Source: Nitrospirota bacterium
GTDB taxonomy: Bacteria > Nitrospirota > Nitrospiria > Nitrospirales > Nitrospiraceae
DNA length: 64,000 nt
Reading direction: 5' to 3'
Assembly: GCA_963703955.1 (NCBI GenBank)
Contig: CAVPGK010000011.1
Location: 251,017 to 315,016, forward strand
The position numbers and the translations under genes are program-made. Positions 30,976 through 39,287 of this stretch are shown here, one piece after another. Every line of letters starts with the position of its first letter. The stretch's first letter is position 1. The notes under the pieces were generated by a model. It saw nothing but the letters and a program-made list of their open reading frames with translations, was not told where the DNA came from and searched no databases.

Positions 30976-32601
30976 CTAATCATGCTCTCTTTGCTGCTGC
31001 CAGGGCATATCCTTCAGTGATAGTGCCTTTCTCAGCTTCAGCATGGCGAGTGTATCTCGTTCGCAGTACTTCAGCAGGGCTTCGCGGAGACGGAGCTTCT
31101 CCACCAGGTCCATTTCTTCGAAGACCATCCGGTAATACGCCCGGGCCGCAAGGCCGCCCTCTCGAATCTCGAGATCATCATAGCTGAGCGACGGCACAAC
31201 AGCCGGCAAGACCGACTTGATCGAGAACGATCCCTCGAATGACGGATGATAGTAGTGTTCCCGAATAACCAGAAAGAGATCCCAGAGCCGGCCCACAACC
31301 TGCTGGATCTCTTGTTTCATCGAAGGGAACAGCTCCGCTAATCGTTCGAGGATGGATCGCTCGTAGCCCGAATACACACAGATGCTGCCTTCCTGACCCA
31401 ACGACCGCAGGAGTTCGATGACCAGTTCCTCGCGGGCGTCCCTGGGCTCCATGCACAGATGCTCATCATGGCGCACATGTCCGTCGTCCATCTCAATATG
31501 GTTCGACCATTGCGTGGGAATCGTCTGGTAAGGTCGGGTCATCGGAAACTTCGGGACAGCAGGCATGAACGTCTCAAAATCAAGATGGTGCACTGGGTAG
31601 CGCACGCTTTGCAGCGCTGTCTTCAATCCCTGACCGATCCATTCCACATTGTCCCGCATCCGGCGTTGAGGAATGGACAGACTAACACCGGCCGGGATGT
31701 CGTCGATTGTTTCGATTCCCTGCTGGAATAAGCGTCGTGACAGGCGATCGTCACCAGGCAGATAGTAGACCCAGCGCTTGGTCTTGTCTTTGGTGCAATG
31801 GTCCCAGAATGGGCAGGCGTACGGTTGATGGCAATGACTGTCCGGCTCAATCTCAGGAGCGCAAGGACGGGCCAACATGGTTTTCATGTCTCCCAGGCGG
31901 GCGACCAGGGCCGGCTGTCTGGCCGCCACTACGGCAGTGAGGTCTTGCAGGGCAAACAGTTGATCGAGATCAGTCTCCCCTCCCGTAAATACGTATTGAG
32001 TGTTGATGCGCATAAGGCAAGATTCGGCCAGAACGACACCCGTTCCTACTAGCACATGGGTCTGGATCGCCAGGTCATCCACGTACACCTCTTTGACTTT
32101 GGTCGAAGATTTCACCTCAATCAGCCGCCATGTTGCCCCTGCATCCGACGAACCGTTCACCCGCTCGAGAATGTCGACCCGCACGAGGACCTGATCAAAG
32201 GCAAAGGCCCCTTCAAAGATGGCGGAGACGGTCGGATCCTGGATGAGGTCTTGTGTGTGCTGCAAGGCATCGGCCGCATGTCGACGACCGGCCTCTACTA
32301 GGACACCGCCTGGAAAACGCCGTCTGGCCAGGGCGCCGATCTCGGTTCCCGCATCCAGGATGGCTTGGGTGGCATCATCCGGCTCTGAGGCAAGCTCGGG
32401 AGCATGAATTTGCAGATAAAGTCGCTTATGGCACTGCAGACCGGACAAGAACTTTGATTTGGATAGCCGGATCGCCGGAGAAGAAGCCTCTGAGGCCGTT
32501 TCAACGCGGATCATACTGTGGAGGAAGCCTACACAGGGCGGACGGAAAAGTCCAGAGCACGTCGTGATGCGCGGACGACGGATCAAGAGAGGTTGACTCA
32601 C
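30976..32601 (-). CDS. DUF2779 family protein (Cas4-like PD-(D/E)xK nuclease + RNase H-like domain)
   Basis: LSKSKFLSGLQCHKRL, RVDIL, IEVKSST, C..PYACPFWDHC, LDFET, SIKSVLP, YCERDT. Start may be 32514. Confidence 0.85.
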   Translation of the reverse strand: MSQPLLIRRPRITTCSGLFRPPCVGFLHSMIRVETASEASSPAIRLSKSKFLSGLQCHKRLYLQIHAPELASEPDDATQAILDAGTEIGALARRRFPGGVLVEAGRRHAADALQHTQDLIQDPTVSAIFEGAFAFDQVLVRVDILERVNGSSDAGATWRLIEVKSSTKVKEVYVDDLAIQTHVLVGTGVVLAESCLMRINTQYVFTGGETDLDQLFALQDLTAVVAARQPALVARLGDMKTMLARPCAPEIEPDSHCHQPYACPFWDHCTKDKTKRWVYYLPGDDRLSRRLFQQGIETIDDIPAGVSLSIPQRRMRDNVEWIGQGLKTALQSVRYPVHHLDFETFMPAVPKFPMTRPYQTIPTQWSNHIEMDDGHVRHDEHLCMEPRDAREELVIELLRSLGQEGSICVYSGYERSILERLAELFPSMKQEIQQVVGRLWDLFLVIREHYYHPSFEGSFSIKSVLPAVVPSLSYDDLEIREGGLAARAYYRMVFEEMDLVEKLRLREALLKYCERDTLAMLKLRKALSLKDMPWQQQREHD

Positions 32602-32635
32602 ACGCGTTCATCGGGGTGCTACAAACCGGCTGTTG

Positions 32636-34009
32636 TCAGGAGGCGGAGGTGTCAGTCACGTCACTCTCGGCGAGCGGAACCTTGACGAACACATACGTCC
32701 CTCGCCCCGGACGAGAGCGAACCGATAGTCGTCCCTGCACCGACCGCACCCGTTCCTGCATACTGATGAGTCCGAGTCCCTGTGGGATATCGGTTGACTT
32801 CACGTTAAAGCCGATTCCTGAATCAAAGACCGAGAGTTGCAGAAACCGCTCGCTGCGGGACAGCCTTACGACGACTTGGGAGGCGCGCGCGTGCTTCACG
32901 ACGTTTCGAAGCGCCTCTTGGACCACCCGATACAGGCACGAAGAGATATCCTGCGGCAACGAGTCGGGAAGATTTCGCGGGATAAACATCGCCTTGATAC
33001 CTTCCCGCTTGGTGAAATCTTCAACGTGCGATTGCAGAGCCACCGCGAGCCCGAGATGGTCGAGGATCGAGGGATGGAGCTGGTAGGCCAGCCGGCGGAC
33101 ATCATCGGAGATTTGAATGACTTCATTGCGAAGCGACCGAAGTTGCTCCCGGCTTTTGTCCGGAGACTGCGAGATCCGCCGCTCGAGCGCTTCCACGTTC
33201 ATGACCAGCACGGCCAGCTTTTGGTTCAGGTCATCGTGGAGGTCGCAGGAAATTCTCCGCCGTTCCTCCTCCTGAACCGTCAGGAGCTTTCCGGCCAGCC
33301 TACGGAGTTCCTCCCGGCTCGCGTGCAGCGCTTCTTGCGCCTCCTTCCTCTCTCCGATTTCCTGCAGAAGCGCCGCATTAACCTTGGTCAACTCGATCGT
33401 CCGTTCCAGAACCCGGTGCTCCAACTCATCGTTCAGTTTGCGGAGCGCCTCTTCCGCAAGCTTGCGCTGAGCGATTTCTTCCTGCGCATGCGCCAATGCC
33501 TGATCTCGGGCTTCGAGAAATCGGTCTTTGAGTTGATTTGCTGCGACGAGTTCTCGCGTGCGTTCGTCTACCAACTGCTCCAAGGTATCCGCGTGCCGAG
33601 CCAGCGCCTCCTTTTGTTCTTCAACCTGTCGTTTGAGCCGGCGGACTTGGATCGCCCGGTTCAGGGAGGCGATAAAATAATCGCGGTCGATTGGTTTTTG
33701 AATAAAGTCATAGGCTCCCCCGCGCAGAGCCTTGACGGCGAGATCATGCTCGCCATGACCGGTAATCAGAAGCGTGGGGGTGTCGGGACGAAGCGCGCGG
33801 AGTTCCCGCAGAAGGACCAGCCCATCCATGCCCGGCATTTTGACGTCACTGACGATCGCATCGTAATCCGTGACGGCAATGTGGTTCAGGGCGTCTTCTG
33901 CCGTGACCGATGTGTCAACCACCACGTCGAACATCTTGGCCCGAACCGTTTCGGGCAGAGCGATCAGCAAAGCTGGATCATCATCTACGATTAAGACACG
34001 AGCGCTCAT
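32636..34009 (-). CDS. Response regulator receiver / HisKA_3 histidine kinase hybrid
   Basis: REC (VDDD, D-VKMP, K-P), coiled coil, EEERRRI..DLHDDLNQ, QEALRNVVKHA, DSGIGF. Confidence 0.92.
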   Translation of the reverse strand: MSARVLIVDDDPALLIALPETVRAKMFDVVVDTSVTAEDALNHIAVTDYDAIVSDVKMPGMDGLVLLRELRALRPDTPTLLITGHGEHDLAVKALRGGAYDFIQKPIDRDYFIASLNRAIQVRRLKRQVEEQKEALARHADTLEQLVDERTRELVAANQLKDRFLEARDQALAHAQEEIAQRKLAEEALRKLNDELEHRVLERTIELTKVNAALLQEIGERKEAQEALHASREELRRLAGKLLTVQEEERRRISCDLHDDLNQKLAVLVMNVEALERRISQSPDKSREQLRSLRNEVIQISDDVRRLAYQLHPSILDHLGLAVALQSHVEDFTKREGIKAMFIPRNLPDSLPQDISSCLYRVVQEALRNVVKHARASQVVVRLSRSERFLQLSVFDSGIGFNVKSTDIPQGLGLISMQERVRSVQGRLSVRSRPGRGTYVFVKVPLAESDVTDTSAS

Positions 34010-34109
34010 CTCGCACCTCGGTTACTCTGATCTCACGCATAAAGAGCGAGAGAAGTCGAGATGGGGGCACCAGTTCAATTGATGCTACGCTAAACGAGGG
34101 GAAGGATCA

Positions 34110-35299
34110 CTAGATTTTTTCTGCTGCCCGAACCTCTGGTGAACCCGTTTCCCCTTGGGATTCGAGTGGAAGGTGAATGACGAACCGCGCACCCTCACCC
34201 TGACGCCAGGGGGAAAGGGCGATGGTGCCTCGGTGCTCTTTGAGAATCCCATAGGTGATGGACAAGCCCAACCCCGTTCCGGCTCCGACTTCTTTCGTGG
34301 TGAAGAACGGATCGAAAATCCGCTGTTCAAGTTCCGGCAGGATGCCGGGCCCCGAGTCTTGGAACGTCAATACAACGGCCCCATCTTTCACGAGTGACTG
34401 AATGAAGATGGATTTGGCCGGCGATCCGATGACCGCATCGCGCGCGTTGGTGAGGAGGTTGATAAACACCTGTTCCAACTGGATGGCATTGCCGTGGACA
34501 ACCGGGTCCGCGGGGACAGGTCGAGTTGCGTATCAATTTGATGGAGTCGGAACTGCTCCTGGATGAGCGACAGGGCTTGTTTGACCACGTGATTGACGGC
34601 AACGGAGGCTCGGATGACCGGGGCCGTGCGACCGAACGTTCGAAGATGCGAAATAATCTCGGTCGCCTTGCGTACCTGCTGCATGGCGTTCCGCAGGTCT
34701 CGCACGATCTGATTCTGATCGAACTGGTTCATCTCGATATGATCGATGACGTTCCCAACGAAGAGCCCGATGTTGTTCAGCGGATTGTTGAGCTCATGGG
34801 CGACACCCGTTGTGAGTTCGCCAAGCGTCGCCAACTTCCCCGCTTGGACCAGTTGCTGTTGCTTCTCGCGAAGTTCATGTTCGCGGCGTTGAATTTCCTC
34901 CGTCGTCTCACGCAAATTGCCCATGATGTGGATCATCGCCTTGCGGCTCTGTTCGAGACGAGCTTTCGAGATATGGACGTCTTGGAGAATGTGGAGGAGC
35001 GCCCGACGTGAATTGTCGAGCCGCTTGGTCTGGTGAGCCAACAGACCGCGGTCCTTCTCGCGCTCTTCAAGAAGACGGAGCATGGCCGTACGCTGCTCTG
35101 CCAGTTGCTGGTTGGTCGTTTTCAAATCGCTGAGGAGATGCACCAAGGCTTGGCGCCGCTCCTCGCTTTTCTGTACACGTTGCTGGAGGACGGTCAGCCG
35201 ATCTCGCAAGCGTCGATTGTCCTGCTCGAGATCCGCTCGACCGCTCTCTTCATCCTCCCGCGAGTCAGGCCATCTCTCAGCTTCTTGTACCTCACGCAT
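34110..35299 (-). CDS. Cytoplasmic sensor histidine kinase, frameshifted at ~34512
   Basis: GVAHELNNPL in one frame; QLEQVFINLLTNARDA..FDPFFTTKEVGAGTGLGLS in the next. One C missing in a C-run. Confidence 0.85.
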
Positions 35300-35471
35300 T
35301 ATGAACGAATCCCCTCTCTGGTCTTTCCCCAGACCCCTGGCGCATCTGTCGATCCCCTTTTTCTTTGAGGGATTTGAGCATAGTGTAGACCAAGCAACGA
35401 GCGGGCTCAATCAGACTCCTACCTACAGCGCAGGAGGAAAAAGGATGACAAGCGCCGGCTGATGTGAAGGC

Positions 35472-36824
35472 TCAGGAAGCTGTTTGTTTCCTGGTTGAAG
35501 GACGAGTGTCGTACCCTGGGCCACAGGTCAACTCAATGCGACCAACGCCCTTCACGTTTGCACACAGGTCGCCCAATCCTGGGGTAATGAGTCGATACGG
35601 ACCGCCCTGCTGTGGAGGAAGAGGCCCATCCTTCATTTGGTAGACTACAATGCCATAGTCAAGGGCCTGTTGCAGCGTGAGGCTCGCCGCAAACCGACCG
35701 TCGTGCGAATGGAACGTAACATGGTCGGCGCCGATGACGAGCGTAGGAATTTCAAGCAATCCCTTAACGCGAATGCCCTGCCCCTGCATGCCGGGAAGCA
35801 GGGCGCTGACACTCTGCACCTGATGCTCGGCCGGGAGCTTGGCCAGCCCCGCACGGTCCAGTGTGATCGGCCGCAGGACGGCTCCGTCGATTCTCAAGAC
35901 CTCCGGGCCATGCCTTTCTCGCCCCGTAATGACCTTGATCATGGCCACCAGGGCCTCATTGACTGGTGTCAGGATGCCGAGTTCTCGCCCACGCTTCACC
36001 ACATATCCATTCAACGAATCGATCTCAGTCGGGCGCCCGGCCTTCCAGTCATCATACATAGAGGTATGGATATCCCGAATCTCCTGAGACCACCGCAGCA
36101 CCTTGTCGGCCATATCCGCGCCTAGGGGCACGTGGAGCCCCGACGCGACGGACGCGACCTCGCCGACGATCTCATGGATGGTGCGCAACATTTCGGGATG
36201 ATCGAGCGCCTTGGAAATACGATCGTCGATGATCACTGTCAGTGGATTGAAGACGCAGTTCCAGCACATCTTTTCCCACTTGCTACGGCGGATATCGTCT
36301 GAGATCTGGCATGGCAGCCCAGCTTGAGCGAACAGGTTGGCGATTTCTAGGACGCGATGGCTCTTCTCCCCGCTCAGTTCCCCAATGGCCGCGGCGCCGC
36401 GCTTGTAGTGCTCAATCACGCCGGGCTCGACGATTTTTGAATAGATAAAGGCCACGCCGCCCACCACGCAATTCCGTTTCAGCCTCGCGAGAATCCGATC
36501 CTCCAGATCGACACCGTTTTGGAGTGTCAAGATCACCGTCTGATCGGAGATCACCGGTTCGATCTGATCCATGACTTCATCCAGGTCGTAGGCCTTCATC
36601 GACAGGATGATGAGATTGGGACCGGGCAGATCGCGCGGATCGCCGGCCGCAAGCGGCCTGACCGTGAACGCGCCTTTTGCGCTGCGGACCGTCAGACCGC
36701 GGTCGCGAACAGCTTGGAGCGTCCTCGGCCTCAGCAAGAAGGAAACCCCGGGATGATGTTGAGCGAGATGGGCTCCGAAGAACCCACCGACAGCGCCCGC
36801 ACCCACGATCATGATGCTTGTCAT
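35472..36824 (-). CDS. panE: 2-dehydropantoate 2-reductase fused to a molybdopterin-oxidoreductase-like C-terminal domain
   Basis: GAGAVGG, LQNGV, KWEK..N, SMYDD..GRPTEIDSLNG; extra C-terminal domain PLPPQQGGPYRLI..ANVKGVGRIE. Confidence 0.85.
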   Translation of the reverse strand: MTSIMIVGAGAVGGFFGAHLAQHHPGVSFLLRPRTLQAVRDRGLTVRSAKGAFTVRPLAAGDPRDLPGPNLIILSMKAYDLDEVMDQIEPVISDQTVILTLQNGVDLEDRILARLKRNCVVGGVAFIYSKIVEPGVIEHYKRGAAAIGELSGEKSHRVLEIANLFAQAGLPCQISDDIRRSKWEKMCWNCVFNPLTVIIDDRISKALDHPEMLRTIHEIVGEVASVASGLHVPLGADMADKVLRWSQEIRDIHTSMYDDWKAGRPTEIDSLNGYVVKRGRELGILTPVNEALVAMIKVITGRERHGPEVLRIDGAVLRPITLDRAGLAKLPAEHQVQSVSALLPGMQGQGIRVKGLLEIPTLVIGADHVTFHSHDGRFAASLTLQQALDYGIVVYQMKDGPLPPQQGGPYRLITPGLGDLCANVKGVGRIELTCGPGYDTRPSTRKQTAS

Positions 36825-36913
36825 TGACCTCTCCGGGAATTCAGCGCGGGGCCGTACTATAGCACGCGTGAACTGCGGCCAAAAGTCCTGTAGAATCACC
36901 GAACGCCAGCGCC

Positions 36914-37639
36914 ATGGCCGACCCCAACCTTCAACAGATCAGAGCACGACTGCGACGCGCCCGAGCGATCGCAGCCCTGACGGGCGCGGGGATTTCCGCG
37001 GACAGCGGAGTTCCTACGTTTCGTGGCGCCGACGGCCTCTGGCGAAATTTTCGCGCCGAAGACCTCGCCACGCCCGAAGCCTTTGTCCGCGATCCTCGCT
37101 TGGTCTGGGAATGGTACAACTGGCGTCGCGAGTTGATCGCCACCAAGCAACCGAATGCGGGGCATCACGGCTTGGTGAAATTGGAGCAACAGGCCGAGCG
37201 GTTTTGGCTGATTACGCAAAACGTCGATGGCCTGCATCGCGTCGCAGGCTCTGAAAGACTGTCGGAGATTCACGGCAACATTTGGATGGTGCGATGCACG
37301 AAATGCGGCAAGATTGCGGAGAACCGCGACGTGCCGATTTCCCTGCTGCCCCACTGCTCGACCTGCAAGGCGCTGGTCCGACCGCATATCGTGTGGTTTG
37401 GAGAATCGCTGGCAGCGGACGACCTGCAACGGAGCTACGATGCATTAGAATCGTGTGAAGTCCTGCTCATCATCGGAACATCGGGAATTGTGTATCCTGC
37501 GGCGTCCTTCGCTTCGATCGCCAAAGCACACGGCGCATTTATCGTCGAAATCAATCCGGATGCGACGCCCAATTCCGGCATCGTAGACATCTTACTGAAA
37601 GGCCGAGCGAAGGATATCCTCCCGGAACTTCTGCGATGA
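36914..37639 (+). CDS. cobB: NAD-dependent protein deacylase (sirtuin)
   Basis: GAGISADSGVPTFRG, TQNVDGLH, CxxC..CxxC, RPHIVWFGE, GTSG.VYPAA. Confidence 0.95.
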   Translation: MADPNLQQIRARLRRARAIAALTGAGISADSGVPTFRGADGLWRNFRAEDLATPEAFVRDPRLVWEWYNWRRELIATKQPNAGHHGLVKLEQQAERFWLITQNVDGLHRVAGSERLSEIHGNIWMVRCTKCGKIAENRDVPISLLPHCSTCKALVRPHIVWFGESLAADDLQRSYDALESCEVLLIIGTSGIVYPAASFASIAKAHGAFIVEINPDATPNSGIVDILLKGRAKDILPELLR

Positions 37640-37691
37640 CCAGACCATCGAACGACGATCGACTCCAACCAATAACCTCCCCACTGAACGG

Positions 37692-38417
37692 CTAGCCGGT
37701 CGACACACGATCCACCAAGGAAGGAAGCTCAGCCAGTGTGTGAATCACCAGCCCATCCTCGGGCCGGCCTTCATGCTCGCGAGAGAGTAAGATTCCCTGC
37801 ATCTGGGCTTGACGAGCGCCCTCCACATCGTCCCGACGGCTGTCGCCGATATGCACGGCCTCATCCGAATCAATCGCGTGTTTCTCCAGAGCAAGTTGAA
37901 AGATCCTTGGCGCCGGCTTAGCGGCGTGGGCAAGGCTGGAGATCGTCACCGTATCAAAAAACTCTGCGAGGCCGAGGGTCCGCAACACATGAAACAGCCG
38001 CGAATCGAAGTTCGAAATGATGCCCAACTCCAAGCCCTGCCCCTTCAGTTCTTTCAGAACCGCCACGGTTTCAGGATACAGGACCCAGTGGTCGGGGCCG
38101 TCAAAGGCGCGAAAGACCTCTTCGAAGTAATCATCGAACCCCTCGAACATTCCGACTCGATAGAAGACGTTGTGGACAATGTCGAACCACCAGAGCCGTT
38201 CGCAGCGGCTGATTTCTTTGGAATCGCTCACCGCAAAGACCGGAGGAGGCGCCTCATGGAAGGCGCGTGTGAATGCGGCGTTCACGGCAGCGAGCGACTC
38301 GGGAGTTCGCCTCACCCCGTACTTTTCGGCATACCTGAGATAAATGTCCGCGACCGAGCCATTGACGTGAAACAGCGTGCCGGCAGCGTCAAAGAAGATG
38401 ACCTTAATTCGGTTCAT
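37692..38417 (-). CDS. HAD-IA family hydrolase
   Basis: FFDAAGTL, ISNFDSR, KPAPRIF, HIGDS..DDVEGA. Confidence 0.9.
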   Translation of the reverse strand: MNRIKVIFFDAAGTLFHVNGSVADIYLRYAEKYGVRRTPESLAAVNAAFTRAFHEAPPPVFAVSDSKEISRCERLWWFDIVHNVFYRVGMFEGFDDYFEEVFRAFDGPDHWVLYPETVAVLKELKGQGLELGIISNFDSRLFHVLRTLGLAEFFDTVTISSLAHAAKPAPRIFQLALEKHAIDSDEAVHIGDSRRDDVEGARQAQMQGILLSREHEGRPEDGLVIHTLAELPSLVDRVSTG

Positions 38418-38929
38418 GACATGGATGAGCTGTCTGAGCGGAGCGTCCGGGGGGAAATCAGCGTTGACTTGACGCCTTGGTCGGTTGAGCGTAGGCGTTC
38501 GATGCCCTCTCGGCAGTATCCAAGCGGTAACCAACGGCATTGGCCGCAGATGCCGAACAAGCTATCACCGCTGATGTTGACACGGATGCGATCAAGCACC
38601 TGACGCCACGACAGCACTGCTCCGGCGGTCAGACCGAGCCGTGCAAGGACATCGCGATCTTGCGCCTGCATATCGACTTCCGAGTGCTCATGGTTCAACG
38701 TACAACCGGACAGCGCTCGATGAGGACAGGCCGCGCAGATAGCGTCGGGAGTATCGATCACCTCAATCGGCTGCTCGGGATGGTCATGTAAGCGGCGATG
38801 AATCGCTGCGAGGTTTTCAACAAACAGAGAGCTATACCCTTCTCCACGAAACCCCTGAAGGCACAGCAAGGTGTGGCCCCTAAGCCTCAATGGTTCCTGC
38901 CGAACGGGCTGTTGATTGAGCGTCATCAT
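38414..38929 (-). CDS. DUF1284 domain protein (Cys-rich)
   Basis: LRGHTLLCLQGFRGEGYS..F, PDAICAACP, CGQCRWLPLGYC. Confidence 0.85.
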   Translation of the reverse strand: MMTLNQQPVRQEPLRLRGHTLLCLQGFRGEGYSSLFVENLAAIHRRLHDHPEQPIEVIDTPDAICAACPHRALSGCTLNHEHSEVDMQAQDRDVLARLGLTAGAVLSWRQVLDRIRVNISGDSLFGICGQCRWLPLGYCREGIERLRSTDQGVKSTLISPRTLRSDSSSMS

Positions 38930-39017
38930 GTGGAGTTCAGGAAGGAAATTGTGCCATGACCCAGAGCGGCAGGCAAGCCCAAACACGCAAAAGTTGACGG
39001 TGGAACGGAGTTCGAAT

Positions 39018-39137
39018 TTACTTGCGTTTGCTTTTGGGGGCCGCCGCCCGTCTGGCCTTGGCGAGAGCTTTTCTTCGGTTGATACTTTTACGGTGCTTTT
39101 TTCGCGTCTTCTTATCTTTTTCACGTCCTCGCGCCAT
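39018..39137 (-). CDS. 39-aa Lys/Arg-rich small protein
   Basis: RBS AAGGAGGAGG; MARGREKDKKTRKKHRKSINRRKALAKARRAAAPKSKRK. Confidence 0.7.
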   Translation of the reverse strand: MARGREKDKKTRKKHRKSINRRKALAKARRAAAPKSKRK

Positions 39138-39287
39138 TGCCTCCTCCTTCTGAGAATCGACGGAAATCAGGCGCGCCTGTATAGCACATCCCTCCTCCTG
39201 GGCACAAGCAAACTGTATCTCCCCCGATTCCTTGCGAGCGCTCGGAGCGCATGTTAAGATGCAACGCATTTCGAGACCCCAATACCT

